From contig CADBSV010000055.1 of NCBI GenBank assembly GCA_902797435.1, positions 4,478 through 68,477 of the forward strand: a stretch of DNA of 64,000 nt, in the 5' to 3' direction. The notes under the pieces were generated by a model that worked only from the letters and a program-made list of their open reading frames with translations, made no database searches and was not told the DNA's origin. Shown here in pieces: positions 57,741 through 64,000 of the stretch (positions are counted from its first letter, which is position 1; each line of letters opens with the position of its first letter). This stretch comes from an uncultured Bacteroidia bacterium (lineage in GTDB: Bacteria; Bacteroidota; Bacteroidia; Bacteroidales; UBA932). The translations under genes and the position numbers were made by a program.

Positions 57741-60700
57741 TCAGAATGTAATGTTGACGCCAAAAGTATAGGATTTAAGCATAGGATAGCTGAATCCGTC
57801 TCCCTCTCCGTTCAGGCCTCTTTTGGTGGAGAAGTCGCTGTCGCCCGAATTGATTACTTCCGGATCGAACATCTTCGTAACCTTGTAGATGGGGGAGAAG
57901 GTAAGGAGGTTCTCTGCCGAGACATAGACTTTCAGCATGCTGATATTCAGTTTCTTGATCAATGCCTCCGGGAAGGTATAGTCGAGCGTGAGGTTCTTGA
58001 GTCTCACATAGGCTGCATTCTGCAGGTAGTAGTCGTTCTCCCAAGTTAGCGGACCCACATTGCGGTTGGCCGCATAACCCACGCGCCTCGTCCAATAGGG
58101 ATGCTTGTCGGCGTTGGTGACCGTCCAGTTTTCCGTAGAGTAGTCGATGTGCACGTAGCCGTCGCCTGTCTGGTTTTTCATAAGATACGAGTACGGACGG
58201 TTGTACATGCCCCAGAAGAATCCCGATTCGTTGGCGGGATACCAGTCCCTGTGGCCTATGCCCTGGAAGAATACCGACAGTCCGAAGCCTGCGTAGTGCA
58301 CGTCGGCGTTTATGCCGAACTGGTACCTTGGGGATACGTTGCCGAGCCTTTCCAGGTCGCCATGGTCGGCAAGCGTGCCGGCTCCCACGTCTATGTATCC
58401 GTCGCCGTTGATGTCCAGGAACTTGAGGTCTCCCGCATAGGCGCAGAAGTTGTCTCCGTTCTTGTGGTAGGCATCCTTTGCCCAGTTCTGGGCTTCGGCG
58501 TTGGAAAGGAAATACCCGTCCGTGCGGAAACCCCAGATTTCGCCGAGTTCCTTGCCGGTATAGTAGTCGAGTATGTCGCCGGAAGTGTTGTTGTAGGCGG
58601 CCACCCATGTGCGGCTGTCCCACACGCTCAGCTTAACCGAGTAGTCGAGCGGCTTGGCGGCCAGCTGCAGGCGGTCCTTCCATGCGAGGGTGGCTTCCCA
58701 GCCGTGGGTGGTGAGGGCGCCGTAGTTGCCCTTCGGAGCCGATGCTCCGTAGATGGCGGGCAGTTCGGGGCCGGTGATGTAAAGGTCTTTGGTATCTCTT
58801 ACATAGATATCTCCCGAGAAGGAAAGGCGGCTGTGGAGAATATCGGCGTCGAGACCCACGTCCCAGGTATTCACCTTTTCCCAAGTGAGCCCTTCGGGGA
58901 TGTTGGTCGGTAGCCCCGCAACGGGAACCTTTGAGCCGTTGAACAGCAGGCTGCTGCGGCTCACTCCCACGGTTTCGAGGTACTGATATGCACTGATGTT
59001 GGCATTGCCGAGTGCACCGTAGTTGCCGCGGACCTTCAGGTTGTCGATAACCCTTCGGCTCCATTTCATCCAGGGTTCTTCGGAAATCCTCCATCCGAGC
59101 GAGCCTGAGGGGAAGAAGCCCCAGCGGGAGTCGGAGGGGAACTTTGACGAACCGTCGTACCTGGCGGACACTTCGAAGATATACCTTCCGAGGAGGGTGT
59201 AGTTGATTCTTCCGAAGAAGCCCACCAGCCCGTAGCCTGCGTTGCCGTCATTGTCCGTAATTGAGATGGTGGTGAACTCCGAACCGCCGTCGTCCATGAG
59301 TTCAAAGTTGGGCAGGGAGTCGTAGAGCAGACCCTTTCTGGTAACGTAGTAGGCCTTGCGGTGATAGTCTTCGATGTTCCATCCGCCAACCACGTTGAGG
59401 TCGTGGGAGTCTCCCAGTTTCGGGGTCCATGTGAGAACTGCATTTCCGGTAAGGATGTCGTTCTCCGTTCTCCAGATGGACTTGTATGTGTTTTCCTGTT
59501 CGGTAGAATAGAGGGTGGCTCCGGGAGAGGGCGAGAACCAGCTCTGTCCCATGTATCGCTCTATTCCGTTCCGGTGTGCCTTATAGGTGAAGTCGGCCCT
59601 GAATTTAAGCACGCCCGGGAGCGGCACGATGTCCAGCCCCAATGTTTCCGAAAGCGACATGTTGTTGTTCTGCTGGCGTGTATTGCCGCCCTCGAAGGCC
59701 TCGTAGGCGCTCCACGAACCGCCGTAAGTATATGTTCCGTCGGGATTCTTTACCGGGAACACGGGGAAACCGTAATACTGGATCCTGTTGAGGATGGTGG
59801 TGGAGGAGTTTACTATCGGCTGATCGTAGATATTCCTATAAATATAGGTATTGGAATCGAAGCTGAGCCATTTGTTCACCTTTGCGTTCACTTTTCCGCG
59901 GAAGTTGAACTTGGTGTAGTTTTCGTTCCCTATCTTGTAGATGCCGTCCTGCCCGTAATAGCGTCCTGTAATCCTGAAGCTGAGCTTCTCGCTGCCGCCG
60001 CTTACGGAAAGAGCATGCGAGTTGGAGAAGTTCACCTTCTTGTAAATCTTTTCGAGCCAGTTGGTGGAGGCATAGTAGCGGTAGTTGCCTTCGGAATCGT
60101 AGCCCACTTCGGCGGTGTTGCCTGCAGCCCTCCACGCACGGAAGGCTTCCAGATAATCCGAACCGGAAGCATACTGGTTCAACGCTCCGGGGCTCTTTCC
60201 CGCAGACGTCGGAGTGCGGGCAACATTCTCATAGAACTCGTAGCACGATTCCAGCCATTCGAGGCCGTCGGTCACTATGTTGTCTTCCCAGATGACCGTT
60301 CTCTGGTTCACGGCCACCGAGCCCTGATAGTTTACCGACACCTTTTCGGCCTTCGATGTCTTTGTGGTTACGAGTATGACGCCGAATGCGCCTCGGGCAC
60401 CGTACACGGCGGCGGACGAGGCGTCCTTGAGCACGGAGATGGTCTCGATGTCGTCGGGGTTCACTGCGGTGAGCGAACCTTCCACCCCGTCGATGAGGAT
60501 GAGTGCGCTGCCGCCCTGTCCGATGGAGTGGGAGCCCTGTGTGGCCCCGCCCATCGAGGACCTTGTCTTATAGGAGGTGCTGCCGCCTCTTATGTAGATG
60601 GAGCCGGTGTGGTTCGGCTTGCCGTCGCTCTGGATTATATTGAGGCCGGCCACCTGTCCCTGAAGGGAGCGGGCGACGTTGGAGTTGGTCCGTTTGTCGA

Positions 60701-61094
60701 GGTCTTCTCCGGAGAAGTTCTCCACGGCTCCCACCAGCTGGGTCTTTTTGAGGGTGCCGTATCCTACCACCACCGCGTCCTTGAGGGTAAGCGCATCTTC
60801 CTCCATGATTACATCGATGATGGACCTCTTCCCTACTTTTTCCTCCACCGTGCTGAAGCCCATGAAGTCGAAAACGAGAATATCCCCGTCACCGGCCTTG
60901 ATACTATAGGTACCGTTAGCGTCGGCCATGGTACCGTTTGAGGTTCCTTTGACCATAACGGAAGCACCGGCCACCGGTTCTCCGGTAGCAGCCTCCACGA
61001 TGTTTCCCGTGATCGTCCTTGTCTGGGCAGCGGCGGCCAGAGGCAGGAGCGACAGCAGGAAAACTATAGCTGTCTTGAGTCTTTCTGTCTTCAT
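57741..61094 (-). CDS. susC: SusC/RagA-family TonB-dependent transporter
   Basis: VVVGYG, LQGQVAGL, DIETISVLKDASSAAVYGARGAFGVILVTTK, RYDGSSKF, WGFFPS, LTWEK, terminal GVNITF. Start at MKTERLK. Confidence 0.95.
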   Translation of the reverse strand: MKTERLKTAIVFLLSLLPLAAAAQTRTITGNIVEAATGEPVAGASVMVKGTSNGTMADANGTYSIKAGDGDILVFDFMGFSTVEEKVGKRSIIDVIMEEDALTLKDAVVVGYGTLKKTQLVGAVENFSGEDLDKRTNSNVARSLQGQVAGLNIIQSDGKPNHTGSIYIRGGSTSYKTRSSMGGATQGSHSIGQGGSALILIDGVEGSLTAVNPDDIETISVLKDASSAAVYGARGAFGVILVTTKTSKAEKVSVNYQGSVAVNQRTVIWEDNIVTDGLEWLESCYEFYENVARTPTSAGKSPGALNQYASGSDYLEAFRAWRAAGNTAEVGYDSEGNYRYYASTNWLEKIYKKVNFSNSHALSVSGGSEKLSFRITGRYYGQDGIYKIGNENYTKFNFRGKVNAKVNKWLSFDSNTYIYRNIYDQPIVNSSTTILNRIQYYGFPVFPVKNPDGTYTYGGSWSAYEAFEGGNTRQQNNNMSLSETLGLDIVPLPGVLKFRADFTYKAHRNGIERYMGQSWFSPSPGATLYSTEQENTYKSIWRTENDILTGNAVLTWTPKLGDSHDLNVVGGWNIEDYHRKAYYVTRKGLLYDSLPNFELMDDGGSEFTTISITDNDGNAGYGLVGFFGRINYTLLGRYIFEVSARYDGSSKFPSDSRWGFFPSGSLGWRISEEPWMKWSRRVIDNLKVRGNYGALGNANISAYQYLETVGVSRSSLLFNGSKVPVAGLPTNIPEGLTWEKVNTWDVGLDADILHSRLSFSGDIYVRDTKDLYITGPELPAIYGASAPKGNYGALTTHGWEATLAWKDRLQLAAKPLDYSVKLSVWDSRTWVAAYNNTSGDILDYYTGKELGEIWGFRTDGYFLSNAEAQNWAKDAYHKNGDNFCAYAGDLKFLDINGDGYIDVGAGTLADHGDLERLGNVSPRYQFGINADVHYAGFGLSVFFQGIGHRDWYPANESGFFWGMYNRPYSYLMKNQTGDGYVHIDYSTENWTVTNADKHPYWTRRVGYAANRNVGPLTWENDYYLQNAAYVRLKNLTLDYTFPEALIKKLNISMLKVYVSAENLLTFSPIYKVTKMFDPEVINSGDSDFSTKRGLNGEGDGFSYPMLKSYTFGVNITF

Positions 61095-61154
61095 TGAAGC
61101 AGTCGTTTCTGTTACTTGCAATCCGAACAGGTTCTCAGCGCTTCTATGGGACAT

Positions 61155-61168
61155 CGGGCACGTGCCCG
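61155..61168. promoter_or_regulatory. Candidate operator, a 14-bp perfect palindrome just downstream of the susC promoter
   Basis: CGGGCACGTGCCCG lies 11 bp downstream (on the minus strand) of the -7 box. Confidence 0.55.
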
Positions 61169-61179
61169 TAACTCTGTCA

Positions 61180-61187
61180 CAAAGGTA
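61180..61187 (-). promoter_or_regulatory. sigma-A -7 element for the susC operon
   Basis: CAAAGGTA on plus is TACCTTTG on minus (TAnnTTTG), with an AT-rich upstream region. Confidence 0.7.
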
Positions 61188-61320
61188 TATATTTATGCGT
61201 AAAAACCAAAAAAAACTTGGAAAAAAAGAAAAAATGATTTTTATTTGTGGTGCAATCCGAAATAGCTCAGCCGATGGGACAGTACGTAGCACCGCTAACG
61301 CACTGTTTTTTTATTTTGGT

Positions 61321-64000
61321 ATGAGACTGAAACATCTTTATTTCGCGGCGTTCCTGCTCTTCCTGGCTGCCCCTTCCTGCAAGCAGGAGGAAAAAGTTGG
61401 AATCGATCCCTCGGCCGTTCCTCCGACCGACGTCTCCTACGACGAGGTGAATTCGTCTTCCACCGCCCTCGGATTCTACTGGGAGGTGGACGATGCCGTA
61501 GCCGCCGGGGCGGTTTCCTTTACGGCCCAGATAGTCAAAGACCACGAACTCGGGGCCGACGTTTACAAAGGCGACAAGTCGCAGACGCTCCAGGCTTCGG
61601 CTTCCCCCAACGACGGAATTGTTTTCAACGGGCTTTCCGAAAATTCCAAATTCTACGCCCGCGTGAGGGCCAATTATCCACGTTCGGTCTATTCGGAGTG
61701 GGTATATGTAACCAACGACGCGGGAGAGAGGGCCGTTATAAAGCTCGGCAAGGGTATCGTGGATGAGAGCATACAGGCCGTAACCGGAGCGTCCGCGCGC
61801 CTGGTTGACCTCTCGCCCACCACGGCAGTGGTGGAATGGTCAGTGACAGACTTCTCCAATCCCGTCATCGACCGCGCTGCCGAATCTACCATCTATCTTT
61901 ACAGCGATGCCGACTGTTCCAACATTGTCGTTTCGTGGGACATGACCGATGCATCCCTGTATTCCGGGCAGCCGCGCTTCATCTTCTCGTCCCTCACGCC
62001 GGGAACGCCCTACTGGTTCGTGGTAAAGAGCAAGACCCTCACGGAAGATGGCGAAGAGGTCACTTTCCGCAGCGAGCCCATAAGCTTCACGACCGAGCCG
62101 GCCAAGGCGGTTTACAAGACCACGGGCACCGCACAGCCCGGAGAGACCATCATCTTCCAGGATTTCAGCGAACTCATCTGGGGTGGCGACGCAGTCAACA
62201 AGGCAGTGGGTTATTCCGCCGAAAAGCGCAGCAGCGTCACTTCGCTCAAGGCCGCCCGCGGCTGGAATCCCGTAGGGGGCGATTACGGTTTCTACCTCTG
62301 CAGTCCGGCCACCGAAATGGGGCTTTACAACAGTATCCAGAAAGCCCTTGCCGGTTCTTCCACTACTCTTTCCAAGTGGGCCGAACTCCGTGAAGACCCT
62401 TCCGTGGTGGGAATGGTCTGCGGCCGTCCGGGCTCGGTAAAGGTGGGAGCCAGCTCAAAGGTTGGTGCGCTTGTAACCCCCCAGCTCTCAGTGCTGTCCG
62501 GAGTCGCAACGGTTGAACTTCGCTTCAAGGCATCCCCTTACGGAGGCTCCAATCAGTCTCTCGACCCGCTCGGAACCTGCGTCCGTCTGCTCGACGGAGC
62601 GAGCGTTTCATCGAACATCGTAACCTCCGCTTCCTCCAACATAGTGGTGGAGAAATTCAATCTCCGTAACGATCTCGCCCTTTCAGAGTATGTCGTCACG
62701 GTTCACAACGTCACTCCCACATCCCGCCTTGCCATAGGCGGCTACCGCGAAGACGGAGAAACGGGGCAGCACCGCCTCGTGCTCGACGACATCTCGGTCA
62801 AGGTTCTCTCCTACGGCGAAACGGCCTTCACGGTTGACACTCCCGTAATCCAGCTCTCCGCAGGCGAAGGCCAGATAAGGGTTGACTGGGAGGCGTGCGG
62901 CAACGCCACTTCCTATGATGTGGAATACAAGAAGACGTCCGATAGCTCCTGGCGCAAGGCCGGGAACACCACCTACAATACCTTCACCATCCGCAGCCTC
63001 ATGCCTGAGGTGTCCTACGACGTCAGGGTAAAGGCCAAGTATTCAGAGAAATACACTTCAGAATGGTCCGAGGTGGTGGGCATCACCACGCCGAAGGTCA
63101 ACAAGAGTATAACGATATCGGCCCCGTATGTCACTGCCGCCGCCATCGGCTTCAAGTGGTACACCGACAGCAACTATGCCGCCGACATCATCACCGGCTA
63201 CAGGCTCGAACTCTATAAGGGTTCCGACCTCGTTACGAGGCTCTCCCTCAGCGAGAACGGCGTTCCCGATACTGCCGAAATGACGGTGGCCTCCTCCGAT
63301 ATGCCTTCGCTATGGACGGCTTCCACGGGGGCGTGCTTCCTCTTTGCCGGACTTGAACCGTCCACCGCATACAGGCTGGTGGTCACAAATAAAGACCTCA
63401 ACATCCAGGCCGACTTGGAAGTTACTACCCTGCCCTCTTCGGTAGTGGTGCCGCCTTCGTCGCCGGCTTCGGCAGGCCAGACCATCCTCTTCGAGGATTT
63501 CAGCGAACTCATTTGGGGCGGACTCCCGGCCCTGCAGGACTGCGATTACGGCTTCCCCGGCTTCAGCAGTTCCAACCGCAGCAGCCGCACCACCTTCGTT
63601 CCCCTCAGGGGAGAACAGCCTCTGGCAAGCAGCTCCGACAAGCTCTATCTTGCCGCTGCCGGCACCCAGTACGGCCTCCTCAACACCACCTGGAGGGCGA
63701 CTGCGGCAACCCGTCTCGGCGCCTGGGGGGCAATATCCGAATCTTATTCGGGAGGCGCAGCAGGTTCGCTCTGCGGAATGCCGGGAATGGTCAAGCTGGG
63801 AGCTTCCAATGCCTGGTGCCAGATACTCACTCCGGCATTGTCCTGCCTTTCGGGCACGGCTACGCTCAAAGTGTCCTTCCTCATGGCTCCCTATACCGAC
63901 AACGGGGTCAAGGCTTCGGATCCGCTCGATGCCGTAATCAAGGTTTATGACGGGGTCACCCTCGCCAAGACGGGCGACATGTACCAGGCATTCACCTCCG
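61321..64000 (+). CDS. Large surface lipoprotein with FN3-like domains and at least two EDFSELxWGG domains (partial, runs off the window end)
   Basis: Not in the ORF track because it has no stop in the window. Manual translation: MRLKHLYFAAFLLFLAAPSCKQEE (lipobox), FN3-like SLMPEVSYDVRVKA..SEWS, QDFSELIWGG near 62158 and EDFSELIWGG near 63493. Frame stays open to the window end. Confidence 0.85.
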   Translation, partial: MRLKHLYFAAFLLFLAAPSCKQEEKVGIDPSAVPPTDVSYDEVNSSSTALGFYWEVDDAVAAGAVSFTAQIVKDHELGADVYKGDKSQTLQASASPNDGIVFNGLSENSKFYARVRANYPRSVYSEWVYVTNDAGERAVIKLGKGIVDESIQAVTGASARLVDLSPTTAVVEWSVTDFSNPVIDRAAESTIYLYSDADCSNIVVSWDMTDASLYSGQPRFIFSSLTPGTPYWFVVKSKTLTEDGEEVTFRSEPISFTTEPAKAVYKTTGTAQPGETIIFQDFSELIWGGDAVNKAVGYSAEKRSSVTSLKAARGWNPVGGDYGFYLCSPATEMGLYNSIQKALAGSSTTLSKWAELREDPSVVGMVCGRPGSVKVGASSKVGALVTPQLSVLSGVATVELRFKASPYGGSNQSLDPLGTCVRLLDGASVSSNIVTSASSNIVVEKFNLRNDLALSEYVVTVHNVTPTSRLAIGGYREDGETGQHRLVLDDISVKVLSYGETAFTVDTPVIQLSAGEGQIRVDWEACGNATSYDVEYKKTSDSSWRKAGNTTYNTFTIRSLMPEVSYDVRVKAKYSEKYTSEWSEVVGITTPKVNKSITISAPYVTAAAIGFKWYTDSNYAADIITGYRLELYKGSDLVTRLSLSENGVPDTAEMTVASSDMPSLWTASTGACFLFAGLEPSTAYRLVVTNKDLNIQADLEVTTLPSSVVVPPSSPASAGQTILFEDFSELIWGGLPALQDCDYGFPGFSSSNRSSRTTFVPLRGEQPLASSSDKLYLAAAGTQYGLLNTTWRATAATRLGAWGAISESYSGGAAGSLCGMPGMVKLGASNAWCQILTPALSCLSGTATLKVSFLMAPYTDNGVKASDPLDAVIKVYDGVTLAKTGDMYQAFTS

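Noticed and set aside
61146-61281. ATGGGACA direct repeat at 61146 and 61274 in the divergent promoter region
   Set aside because: Two 8-bp copies with no further shared context; chance cannot be excluded.
61095-61292. Extra 66 N-terminal codons of SusC in the ORF track
   Set aside because: They span the promoter and operator region; the signal peptide starts at MKTERLK (61094).
1-64000. tRNA/rRNA genes, IS elements, prophage or defence systems
   Set aside because: No cloverleaf, rRNA, transposase, integrase or phage/defence motifs recognised; intergenic space is minimal.

Overview
Gene-dense window from a Bacteroidota (Bacteroidales-like) chromosome, judged by SusC/SusD, TonB, lipoprotein signal peptides and TAnnTTTG -7 promoters. 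1-45 kb is mostly housekeeping: sufS-sufE-sufT, ruvA, mnmG, ybeY, tonB, hflX, sdhAB without sdhC, ruvB, mfd, coaX-OMP-TPR-lptC-ppiD, ychF, galK, an amino-acid ABC transporter, galM, rnhB, thyA/folA. It appears to include the replication origin region: a parS site inside mnmG and an AT-rich cluster of DnaA-box-like TTWTCAACA motifs between ruvB and mfd. The most interesting part is 40.8-64 kb. A SusC/SusD locus with no recognisable glycoside hydrolase encodes a calcineurin-like phosphoesterase lipoprotein, an SGNH esterase and large lipoproteins sharing an unnamed repeated domain. It adjoins a LacI regulator and an operon for an AraM/EgsA-type sn-glycerol-1-phosphate dehydrogenase, a GlpT-like organophosphate antiporter, a secreted beta-propeller-like protein and a HAD-IIA phosphatase. 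I infer a candidate uptake and catabolism system for glycerol-1-phosphate or other polyol-phosphate polymers such as lipoteichoic acid. No tRNA, rRNA, CRISPR array or transposase was recognised. All calls come from reading motifs by eye; no searches were run.
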